Shown here in pieces: positions 42,301-54,300 of a stretch of DNA of 64,000 bases (the stretch's first letter is position 1; every line of letters begins with the position of its first letter). The position numbers and the translations under genes were made by a program. The notes beneath the pieces were generated by a model that was given only the letters and a program-made list of their open reading frames with translations, was not told where the DNA came from and did no database searches. The stretch comes from Lama glama (lineage: Eukaryota): the NCBI GenBank assembly GCA_028534125.1, contig CM052818.1, forward strand, positions 22,074,001 through 22,138,000, read 5' to 3'.

Positions 42301-45300
42301 GGAGCTCTGTGTTTGAAGAGATATGGTTATTTTCCTCACTGCACTTTGCCCTGCACAGCAGGCGCATTCCCTGGGAAATGGGCTCTCAGGCCAGGGACCA
42401 CAGGGACAGCGGCCTCAGAGGCTTTCCCAGCCTGAGGCCGCAGTGAGGTTCCTCCTGGGCACCCAGGTGACATCTGCAGCTCAGGCTCCAACACTGGCCT
42501 TCCTTTAATGCCACTGAGGCTCCCGGGGAATCCCCCATCTTGGCTCAGGGGACAGTAGGTTACTGCATTTTTATCAGGCACCGCCAAGCTGGTCACCAGG
42601 CACTGGACTGTTGGGGCTTGGCAAGTGGAGCTGGGTCTGTCCTGTGTCCTGAGGACCGGCAGGCTTGTTTGTTGTAATACTGGGTCAGGAAAGGGCATTC
42701 TTTTCTTTCAGAGTCCTGGACGTGCTGGAGCTTTCACTTCAGAGGAGCCTTACAAGGGGCCGGCCCTTCAGGAAGGGCCATCAGCCCCAGAGCGAGGCTG
42801 GAGGTTACCTTAAGAGAGGGCTCAGGACGTGTTGCAGGTTTCTTGCTATTCTGCCAGCGTACGCTCTGGGCTCTCACACCTGGCTGGCATCAGTCAAGCC
42901 TTGTTCACACACAAGCTCTCACTTCATGCTGGCATCAGCTGTATGAGGGAGGCCTTATCTCCTTCTTTTACTGCAGGAAACCAACCCCCAAGGACTTTAA
43001 GATCCAGCCACTCAGACTGGCAGAGCTGGGACGTGAACCCAGGTCCTCTAGCTCCATTGTGCCTCCCTGAGCCCCCAGGGTCTCCTGACCACCGTTGTGC
43101 TCTGAGAAGACAGAGGTCAGAGTTCAGCCCATGGTGAGGCACAGGCATGTTCACCTAACTTAGCTGCCCTGACAGTGAGTGACAGGTTAGCCCTTTTGCA
43201 GGCTTTCTGTCTGCTTGCATTAGTATTTTTGTCTCTAAAATGGGCAGGAGAAGATGTCATTGGTATTTGGGTAGGAGAAATGAAGTCATAAACAGATTCT
43301 TTCGAGTTAGTGATCCATTTACATCACATACGCCATGAGAGAATCTGAGAAAGCCACTGAGGCTTTCTCTCAGAAAATGCACATATTTGCATAAATATTC
43401 AGAAAATGCAAGGGTATCTGACATTGATTGCTGGCAAATTTGCTTTCTGTGAATGGTCCCTCTCCCTGGCACTGGCAGCCCCTACATGTCCTGCCAAGTT
43501 TTCTACCATAAAGTTTTCCCTGCTTGAGAGAACTTTCTGAGCAAATTCAGTCCACAGGGTGTAATATCCTGACGAAGTCATTTAGAGAGAAGAAAGTGCT
43601 GGTGGCAGCAGCGCAGCAGACCCGCTTCTGTCCTGTCCTCCGCAGAACCTGGATGTGGAGCCGTGGTTGATGTGGGCAGGCTGTGTCTGCTGGGCTGTTG
43701 GCCAAGCCTTGTGCTTCTTGGATGACTTGAGAGAACCCACACAGTTTACTCTGAGTCCCAGCTCTGCCGTTTGCTAAAGGTGTGACCTTGGGCAATCCAC
43801 GGACCTGAGGATCTATTTTTCTTTTCTATAATAAGTAGAATAATAATGTATCTCTCCTGGAACTGATGTGAAGAATGAATCAGTTTATGTGAAATCACAA
43901 AGCATGGAGAGGGTTGGTGATCCCAGTGGATCCCAGTGGTCCCTTCCAAGAATCTGTGAATGTCATTCCTAGTGGTATTTGCAAGACATGGCAGAGGCTT
44001 CTGGCCAGAGTGTGACATCTGAAACAGATGAAGTACATGTCTCCTCTGTCCATCTCTCCCAAGCCAGGAGGGGCAAGCTGTACTCCTTTCCTGCTGTTGC
44101 AGAGCAGGTGAAACGGACGCCCAGGGGTGTGCCCTGGCTGTGAGCACATACACCCTGCCACGTCAAGTGAAGCTCAAGTCCAGGATCCTTCCCCTCTAAC
44201 AGCAAGAAAAGACCTTTCTTTTTTCCCAGAACAAATCATCCTGGTTTGCTTATGCCTTTTTAACCTCCTCGTTATTCCTTTGTATCTATTGCAGATGTGT
44301 CCTTTCTTCTGGTCAAGCTTCATCTGTGGGTCCCACCCCCTGTCTCCTCTGGAACTTTGTTCTATAAATCATCCCCTCGAGACACAATCTTCTAAATATT
44401 TTTAAATTGAAGTACAGTCAGTTACAATGTGTCAACTTCTGGTGCACCGCACAATGTCCCAGTCATGCACATACAGACTTATATTTGTTTTCACATTCTT
44501 TTTCATTAAAAGTTATTACAAGATACTGAATATAGTTCCCTGTGCTATACAGAAGAAACTTTAAAAAGAATCTATTATTATATATAGTGGCACAATCTCA
44601 TTAGAGGTGTCTGGGGACAAAACTCATTACCAGAGATTTAAGTATTCTCAGTCTCTTTCTATCTGCTTTCCCCAGGGCCTTATGCTGATAGGGGTACTCG
44701 GTCAGGGTTGGGCCAGAGAGAGAGATTTCTGAAAGGGTCTCTGGAGAGGAGATAAGCCAAGGAGGGAAGCGGGAGAGGGAGGGAAAAGGCCAACCTGCTG
44801 GATTAGAGAGTCAGTAAAGAATTTTTTCAGTTGTTACAGTTTTGGGGAGCTGAGGAGTAAGGAGAGGGTTTCAAGGAGCTGCAGAATATAAGATAAGCAG
44901 AGTGACAAGAATTGAGGGGAAGGGAATTTTAAGAAGTGTGGCTGTAGGTTATAAACTGGGTTCCTTTTAAAGTCCTTGAAGAGATTCAAATAAAGATTGG
45001 CTTTATTTTTAATTACTTTTGATAGCTGGGTTGTATTTGATGCAAAACCACAATGAGATTGGACCACATGGGACTCTAGGACTGACTTGGGTTACTTAGG
45101 GGAAGCCAGGTTTAGTTTGAACCAAATTGGATTTTTTTAACTACAACATTTATTATAATAAAGTTTCAAAAACCAAAGATTAAAAAAAATAAGGTATATT
45201 GTAACTGCCTCCGGGGGCTTTTCTGTATGGGCTGGACTGACTGCAGCATCTGAAAAAATAGGAGTCCAACGAAGTCTCCATCCTGCTGAATTTCCCTGGA

Positions 45301-48300
45301 AGCAGGTAGAAGCAGTTTTTGTTGCTCTAAGGACTTCTGAAAAAAAATCATATTATTTATTTTAACCTGATACAAATATTGTGATTTAAAGCAAATCAGA
45401 TTCTGTTGTAACAGGCGTGCTTTCCCTAGGGCATGGTGAGCCTGATAGTGGCCCAAGTAGTCAGGGAAAAGGTGTTGCCTTTCCCATGTGATCCTCAGCC
45501 CATAAATTGGAACAGTAGCCCAGCAGTGACCAGCCTTCTTGGATGTTGTGTCTCCTACAGGTGGAGGCAGTCATGACAGAGCTGAGTCTGAACCATGTGG
45601 CAGATCGACAGATTGGCAACTACAACTTTGGGGGAATTTCCAGTGGCGAGAGGCGCCGGGTCTCCATCGCGGCCCAGCTCCTCCAGGATCCCAGTAAGTG
45701 GGGCCTAGAACTGCTGCTAGCTGCTGCCTGGGCATCTTCCATGTGTCTATAGACAGTTTCAGCCCTTTCTTCACAGTCTCCCTTTAGAAAGGGGTCTGTG
45801 TGTAGCTGAAGTCACTGAGGCTTTTCCAACTGGGCACGCACTTTCTTTGGAAATACTGTGCATTTCCTGGTGCTATTCCATCATCCAAGTAGATGAAGAG
45901 CTCTTGGACTTGGAAGCACCTGGAACTTTGTATTTTGATGTTCATTTTGGGTCTTTCATGAATAGGGGACCTTGCCCTGTCCAGCCCCACTTCTTACGGG
46001 AGCAGCACCACTGTGTCTGCTGTGGAAAGCCAAGAGGTTTCAGTGTGACTAGAAGTGTTTATAAAATGGCAGGAATTAAAATAGGACTTTGAGTGGTACA
46101 TGAGGAAGTGGATGTATTGGAAGGAGGGGCTATCAAAATGGGGACAGCCAGTCACCTGCCTCTCCTGCCTGGTTTGGTCACCCTCCCTGCCACCTGGGGA
46201 GACTCCACCTCTTATCCGCACCTGAGAGGGGACGTATTGCCTCTGTATACTTCCTTCACGGGGGCAGACCAAGTCTGCCTGCTCTTCAGAGAAACTAAGA
46301 AATGTTCTTTTTTATCTTTTTTTTTTAACTGAAGCCTAGTCAGTTTATAATGCTGTGTTACTTTCTGGTGTACAATTTAGTGCTTCAGTTATACATCTAT
46401 GCACAGTCCTTTTCATATTCTTATTCATTCTAGGCTATTACAAGATACTGAACATAGTTCCCTGTGCTATACAAAGAGATGTTCTTAAGAGACCCTGTCC
46501 TTTTTGGATGGAAATAAGCTGGAGTGAAACCCTCTAAAGAATCGGAATGCCTGCCTCGTCTTGCACTTTGTTTCATGGGTCAGCTTTTTGCAGTGCAAAG
46601 ACCTGGCTAGTGTTGGGAAATTCTAGACATGAAGTGAGATTGGCCTTTTACAGTCTCCCTCAGCCTTTTAGAAACACCTTGGTGCCAGCCTGCCAGCCCT
46701 TGTTCCCTGTTAGGGTTCCCGGGATAGACCCCAAACAGCCCAGCAAGCCACGTGGCAGGCCTGCTCTGGTTGCCGCCCTGTCTCCTCAGGGATTAAAGCC
46801 AAAACGTGCCCTGGAGCCAGGAGGTGGGCCCCTCGGGCCAGGTGCTTTCTCCTGGGCTCAGGCTGAGGTGCTTCTTACCGTGCACTGTCTGGATGGGATG
46901 TGACAGCTCAGTAAGGAACTGTTCGGAGCTCTGAGTCTAGAGCGCAGGGCCCGGGGCTCGGCAGCGACTCAGGATCTGAGCTTCCTTTGCCTGCAGAGGT
47001 CATGCTGTTTGATGAGCCGACCACAGGCCTGGACTCCATGACTGCAAATCAGATCGTCCTTCTGCTGGCAGAGCTGGCTCGCAGGGACCGCATCGTGATC
47101 CTCACGGTCCACCAGCCCCGCTCCGAGCTCTTCCAGGTGAGGGGGCATCTCTTCCAGCTCAGCTGGTCAAGGGTGGGTATGTGTGTGCTGGGCTGGAGGT
47201 TTCGGGGTAGAAATGAGTACTTAAACCGGAGCAGCTGGAGCCGCTAGCTCCTGATACAGGAAGGGAAAAGAATGGAAACTCGGTTCTTTCAGCACCTGCC
47301 ATGTACCGGATGCCTTCTCCACACTAGCTCATATAATCTACACAGAAACCCCATGAGGTGGACACCAGTGTTTTCACTTTACAGAGAAGAGTGAGACTTA
47401 GAAAATGCCAAATTGAGATGCTATCACAGTTAACAAAAAGCTGGAATCAGCCTTCATGGTCCAGTTGGCTTTAAAGTCTGTGTTTTGCCTCTAAATCATA
47501 TAGATTTCCTTCGAGAACTCTCACCTTAATCTCCCAGAATCCTTTTAAGGAGCTCTTCTTTGCCTTTTATAGAGATTAAAAACAAATTGTTTTTGTCCAA
47601 GGTCCCTCACCCAGGGGCACGGCTGGGACTCAAACCCTGGTCCACTGACCCACTCCAGTGGTTCTCGTCCATCCCAGACGCGATGCTGGGTGCAGGCTGG
47701 GGTACAGCAGGGTCCACGGTGGCCACCCACGCTGGAAAGAACAGGGGTGCCTTTGAGTGGCGCCGATGGACGCAGTAAGAGTACTGCTGTATGGCTGAGA
47801 CAACCAGAGGACTGACCGCTTGAAACTTACTTTCCATAAGGATGTGGTGGTGACCTGACGACATACTAACACTGTCTACTGTTCAATCAGCTCTTTGACA
47901 GAATCGCCATTCTGAGCTGTGGAGAGCTGGTTTTCTGCGGGACACCTGTGGAAATGCTTGGCTTCTTCAGTGGCTGCGGTTACCCTTGTCCTGAACATTC
48001 AAACCCTTTTGATTTTTATGGTAAGTTTTTCTCCCACGTGCCCCTTCATGAAAGTCTTTTAAGCTTTATCAACTCAGAGTTTTGGCCTGGATAACACCAG
48101 CACAAGTGGGTTTAACTTCTGCTTTGGTTTCAGTGCTTTTACTCTTCCAAAACTTAATTTGGCCAAGTCAATTAACCTGCCATAGGTGACCTATCGGAAT
48201 GAGATGGAGGATCTCTCTTGAATTGGGGAACTTCTACTTTGTCAGAGAAAAATTAACCAAACTTCTGATTTTATGGGTGGGCATTAACAACAGGTGTTAT

Positions 48301-51300
48301 TTTGATGCGATGAGGTATTGTGGCTAGAACTCCTGAATCAGTGATGAAACATGTTATTAGCCATTGTGTATATATGTGCATTTAAAAACACATGGATCAT
48401 TTGGGGGGGTGGATTTTAGTGGACCTGACATCAGTGGACACCCAAAGCAAAGAACGGGAAATAGAAACCTACAGGAGAGTCCAGATGATTGAATCTGCCT
48501 ACAAAGAATCAGCAATTTATCACAAAACCTTGGAGGATATTGAAAGAACGAAACACCTGAAAACATTACCGATGATTCCTTTCAAAACCAAAGATTCTCC
48601 TGGAGTAATTTCTAAACTGTGTGTTCTTTTGAGGTAAGAGCCACACCCCATTTCAGGTGGGTCGACATCCACCCATAAAAGAAAAGTCATTAAAACAGGG
48701 TTGTTTGGCTTTCAGGAGAGTGATGAGAAACTTAATGAGAAATAAGCTGGCGGTGACTATGCGTCTTGTTCAGAATATGATCATGGGTTTGTTCGTCATT
48801 TTCTTCCTTCTGCGGGTCCAGGACGATGTGCTAAAGGGTGCCATCCAGGACCGCGTGGGTGTTCTGTACCAGTTCGTGGGTGCCACCCCGTACACAGGCA
48901 TGCTCAACGCTGTGACCTTGTGTGAGTGCCATGCCCTGGGGCGGGAGGCTTTTTTCTCCCTGAATGTCTGCCCTCTCCAACTGGTACCTCGCAAGTCTCC
49001 ACCATTATAAGGGCATTTCTCTGAGCTCAACCTGGCCCTCTCCAGGTTGTCTCTCTGGGGCAAGGTGACTCATGAATTACTAACACCTTGCTAGGAATTA
49101 ACTCATCAGGTGGATCTCCCTGAGGGTCTCTGAGGATCCAGAGAAACATGATGTAATGCGGAGCTGACGAGGCAGAGTTTGGGAAGGGTTCTTCAAAAGA
49201 GCATCCCTGGTATCCTGTCTTAGTCATTAGGAGGTGCGGCCCATAGGGGCCCGGATGCCTGGTTAACTATGCACCGTGAATGTTCTCTTTGGAGCCTGTT
49301 TTAGGACAGCCAGCACCTGGTTTTCAAACTCATGGGAGCCCAGAAGCAACACCTAGTTGCCTGATGTTCTGTGCCAAGACTGCATGAGAAGAGGACACAT
49401 TGCCTTATGTCACTCATTTGTGTCCCTTCTGCATATGTGTTCTTGAATTGGAGTCACCCTTCCCCCTACTTTAGAGAGAAGGAAATAAATTATGACTCCT
49501 TTTGTAATCACATTATAATTCAGGTAGAGTGGAGACTTCGGGGTGGGAGGTGTTATAGTTCTATGGAGGGCAGGTCCCCTCTCTCCATGACTAGGGAGCC
49601 CCACCTGGTCCTCACCATCCAGTCCTGATAGACCTCAAGTTCAGCTTGGCCTAGCCCCCATTCCCTCCCCTCACCCCAGCTGTGTGGTGACCGGCTGTTT
49701 TGAAACCTGCCTTCCATTCCCAGTTCCTGTGCTGCGAGCTGTCAGCGACCAAGAGAGCCAGGATGGCCTGTACCAGAAGTGGCAGATGCTGTTGGCCTAC
49801 GGGCTGCACATCCTCCCCTTCAGCGCCATTGCCACCGTGATATTCAGCAGCATATGCTACTGGTAAGGAAGAGGGTGTTCAGAAGTGTTCATTTCTCACA
49901 GGCCACGCCTCCCATTGGGTCCTGGATGGTCAGTGGGACCTGTGGAGGGAGAACTCCCTGGCCTCTGCTCTGGAGGGGCTGGCTTTGCCCATCAACATTC
50001 AATATAGTGTCCTGTCCTTAAAAGAACCCCACTGTGGGCCGCAAGGGACCTGAGAGCAGACCAGCAAGACCGCCGGTACCAGGGAACGGCGGATCCCACA
50101 GTCACTGCAGGGCCTGGGCGGAGCGGAGGCCTCTGAAGTAGCTGGGGCCCAGGCGCAGGGGCTGCAGGCACGCGTTCGCCCAGCTACGCCCGGCGCCAAG
50201 GCTGCTGTGAGCTGGAGCAGCAGTGCTGCCTGAGGTTCCACTGACTGACCTGGAACGTCGCGGTTGGGCTGGGGTGATGGGGAGCTGAGGAATCAAGAGT
50301 GACTGTGGGAAGAGGGCACTGGGGAGCCATGAAGCATCCCTGATGGTGGGTTTTGATTAATGGTTTGCAGACCATGCTTTTTATTTCATAGAACTTTTAA
50401 AAGATAAAAAACTAAAAATATGCAGAGCTGTTTGTATGATATGTTATCGTAGGGAGATGTATCTTCCCTCATCCCTGTGGCTTTCCCTTAAGAAAAGATG
50501 GGGAATTGCCCGATGTTCTGTGACACCAGTCGTGAAAGGTAGCCAGCCTGTCGTCCCAAGAGAGGACTTCAGGTAGTTCTGAAGGCATTACCTTCTTCAG
50601 GCCACTGGATTCATGTGCAGGTGCTCCTGCCCATAACCAGTATAGAGACCCCATGATACGTGATGTGGATAATTACGATGAATCGAGTGAGATGTAAGTA
50701 ACAGGCCAACAAGGCCTGGCTAGTATGAGCTCCCAGGCGAAGAGCAGAAGTTCTTGCCGCAGGCTCTCAGAGTCCGTCCCACCCTGGGGAGTGACAGAGG
50801 CCCAGCTGCTCGCTCTGTTAGCAGAAGGGTGCACTCTCAGCTGAGGGCAATGAGGGGACGGCGCCTTCCTTGCTGGCCCTGATGAAGCCGCCTTACTCTC
50901 TGACACTCAGAAACATGCTGGGTCTCTGATCTGTGATGTAAACCACAGGCTCGTCTAGTTCAGGTTAAATGATCCAAGAGCAAATTTTTAACAGCTGACC
51001 ACTTTTGAGTACAACAAAGCTGGCTGAAAGTTAAGAACCTTGTTAATTTAGAATCCTGTGCTCAGTGGGGCCCACGGACCCAGCCCAACCGCGACGCCCC
51101 AGGCTGGTCAGCGGAACCTCAGGCAGCACCGCTGCTCCAGCTCACGGCAGCCTTGGCGCCGGGCGTAGCGGGGCGAACGCGTGCCTGCGGCCCCTGCGCC
51201 TGGGCCCCAGCTACTTCAGAGGCCCCCGCTCCGCCCAGGCCCTGCAGTGACTGTGGGCTCTGCCGTTCCCTGGTACCAGCGGTCTTGCTGGTCTGCTCTC

Positions 51301-54300
51301 AGGCCAGAGTCAGCGTTACCTCGGGGCTTGTTTATCACGCAGAATCTCGCGCCCAGCCCTACTGAATTGGATTCCGAGTTTTACAGGGTCCCCTAGGTGA
51401 TTCATATGCACTGTAATATTTGCAAAGCACTGATTTTGAAGACCTGGTATTTGTAAAACTGCTCATGAGACAGAGTTCTGTTAGACTTGAGAAGACAGGG
51501 CAGTTTTAAACTAGGTTCAGTGTAAGCATCCGGTCACGACTATTTCTGATAAGAAGTCGGACACAAACACGCAGGAGCAGGTCCAGCGGCAGCACAGCTG
51601 TTAGCAGTGCAGCAGGTACTTAGAGTCAATAACGGAAACGTTGCTGAATGCCTGTGAGGTGCCAGGCTCAGGGCCACGTGCAACAGGGAGTTTAAAGGGG
51701 AGTAAACTGAAGGGGCCGTCCTCAAGTCTGCCGTTTTGAACCGGAACGGCTCTCAAAGCCAAAGTGTTTTACAAGTCTTAGCAGCACATTGGACCTGAAC
51801 TCACTCCGTGGCAAAAACTAATCTGAACCGACTCGAGGTTCTGTGTACCTTTCCCACAGCAGCACTTCTGTTTAGCAGAAATATGAATGTGCTTGAATCC
51901 AGGTGGAGTCCTGGGCCCTACTGTAGGAAGGATGGTCTACACAGTGTGAAATTTTTCTCTGATTTGTAAATTGCCATATTCCAAAACATAACTGGCCCTA
52001 ATAAAGTATTTCAGATGATGGATTGTGGACAGAAACAAATCTCCAGATGACTTTAATTTGAAGAAGTGTAAAATTAATATTGTAAAGAAGCATAAACATT
52101 ATGCTGAGGAATATAATAATAGTAATAATGGCAAATACATATTGAGCACTTGCTTTATGTCAGGCACTAAGAGGTTTAAATATATCAATTCATGTAATCC
52201 TTGCCACCGTTCTATGAAGGTGGCATTATTAATTCCCCTTGTTTGAAGATGACAAAGCAGAGGCACAGATGGGGCAAGTCTCTTCCCCATCTCACGTTCA
52301 TTATCCCAGTTAATTATGAAGGAGACCAGGGGTCCATTTGGTTGGGCGGGGAGAGGGACTACTGGAGGCTTAATAGGGGAGAATTTGAGAGATAAGCAAC
52401 ATTTGAATAGATGGAAAAAGGAGCAAGGGCGTTCCAGAAGGAATATAGAAAGAGAAGGAGCATAGGTTCAGAAGCAAAACACACGAGCTCTTTCCAGCGA
52501 AAAGGCTCAGTTGTGCTGTGGTGAAACGAGAACTGGAAGGAGTGGTGGAAAATACGACTGGCAGCCTGGGAGCCTGGTAGGAGAGGGGCTTGGATCAGAT
52601 ATTGGGACACAGTAGAAGCTTTTAAACCAGGGAATGACCCATCTGTGTTGGGCTCTGGAGGGTGAGGCTGGCTGGCATCACTTTGGTAGCAGACTGGAGA
52701 TAGGGCAGAGACGCTGGGCAGCCCAGTGAGCAGCTCTGGCAACAGTTTGTGGGAAAGTCAGAGGCCCTGCTGAAGAGAGGAGCAGTGGCAACAGAAAGTG
52801 GGGATCACTTTAAGTTGCTGGGAAAGTAGAATCCAATGGATTCAGGAACCAAATGGACTTGTTGAGGCTAAAGAAAGCCATGGATGATGCCTGAGTTTTC
52901 AGCCTGGGGGACTGGGAAGGTGACAGCATCCTTATCAAGTCTGCCAGGAAAGAGAATGGATGTGGTTTTGAATACATTGCATCTGGGATGCTACGGGACA
53001 CCCAATTAGAGGTGTCCATATGACGTTTGGGCGATAGGTTGGCGTAGAAAGAAAAGATAGGAGTAAAGACCTGGGAATGGATTCTATAGGAGAGAATAGA
53101 GGGGAGGAAGCGGTCTGAGTGTAAACCCTTATGAGGCACATTCAGAGGGTGGGAAGAGGAAGGAGATCCAGTGACAAGAGGCAGAGGGGTGGTCAGAGAA
53201 GTGGGAGGAGGAGCAGGATTGGGCAGCATTAGAGAGGCCGAGAGAGGAGAGAGTTTCAAGGCAGTGCAGCGAACCCGTTCAAAACTGCAGAGGTTCAAAG
53301 AGGTGAAGCGTAAGATTAGAAGGTTATTGGTGATCTTCCTAAAAAGGGTTTCAGTAGACGATGGGGGTGCAAGTCAGGTTTACAAAGGATAAAGAGTGAG
53401 ATGGAAGAAGCAGGTGCTGTTTGAGAAGCTTGGTGGTATAGGGTAGGATGAAGAGGGGGCAGTTGCTTAAAAGGTGATCAGACTCAAGCTATGCTATTTA
53501 CAATATGGTAAGACCACCAGGGAAAAACGTTAGATTGAGGGTAGATGAAATTATAGAAAAATTGGATAATTCACAGATCAAGTTTCCAGATTAGACCAAG
53601 GTAGGGATAGGGAAATCAGGATAACAGGATCAAAGATGCAAGTAGATAGGATGAAGCTGGAGAAGCAGACAGAAACAGAGAGGGACGAAGCAGATAAAAA
53701 GGGAAGATAAAGATAGAAAGTCACAAAATGGGAGGTGAATCCATCTGCTGAGCACTGGGGAGAGAGTTTGAAATACCCCGAAAAGAGGGTGTAATTGAAA
53801 GGAGAAGTTTACATTAGCTGCCGCTGGAACCCAAAAAGCGAGGAGGAAAAATTAGGGATTTATTGGTGAGCTGAGGCAAAGTGGCAGAGTGGATCCATTT
53901 AGTACAACTCAAGTGAGAGAGCAAGGGTCTGCGGCTGTGGGGATTGGTAAGGCACAGAAGAGCAGAAGGGAGTGAGGATCTGAGGCAGTGAGGAGATGGG
54001 AAATGGGAGACAGGAGAAAGGCCATGATCAGAAAGGGCATTTTCAGGATCTGAAATCTTGGAAGTAAAACAGTTTGGAGTAACAAGTAATATTTAAATCC
54101 AAGACATGGTGAGTGAGCAAATCGGGTGGGTGGAGCCACTGGAATTGATGAGGTTACCTAATTAGGAGGCACTGATGTTGATGGCTCATCAGGGAGGTTA
54201 AAGACCTTGAGGGTAATGATGGTGGGCAGGAGTGCAAAGACTGACCTTGGTCCAGAAGCTGCAAAATCATCAAAGGTGAGATAGTGTCTTAAAGTCATAG

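Noticed and set aside
50102..51250. Twin ORFs 50102-50296(-) and 51065-51250(+) encoding near-identical peptides ([12 protein letters not shown]...GPSYFRG)
   Set aside because: A by-product of the DNA inverted repeat in stop-poor GC-rich sequence. Both use non-ATG starts, and there is no recognisable protein homology or splice structure.
50049..51303. Interpreting the inverted repeat as a foldback or MITE transposon with 225-bp TIRs
   Set aside because: No target-site duplication at the outer ends, no transposase remnant in the spacer, and the right arm runs continuously into an older MER5A-like element.
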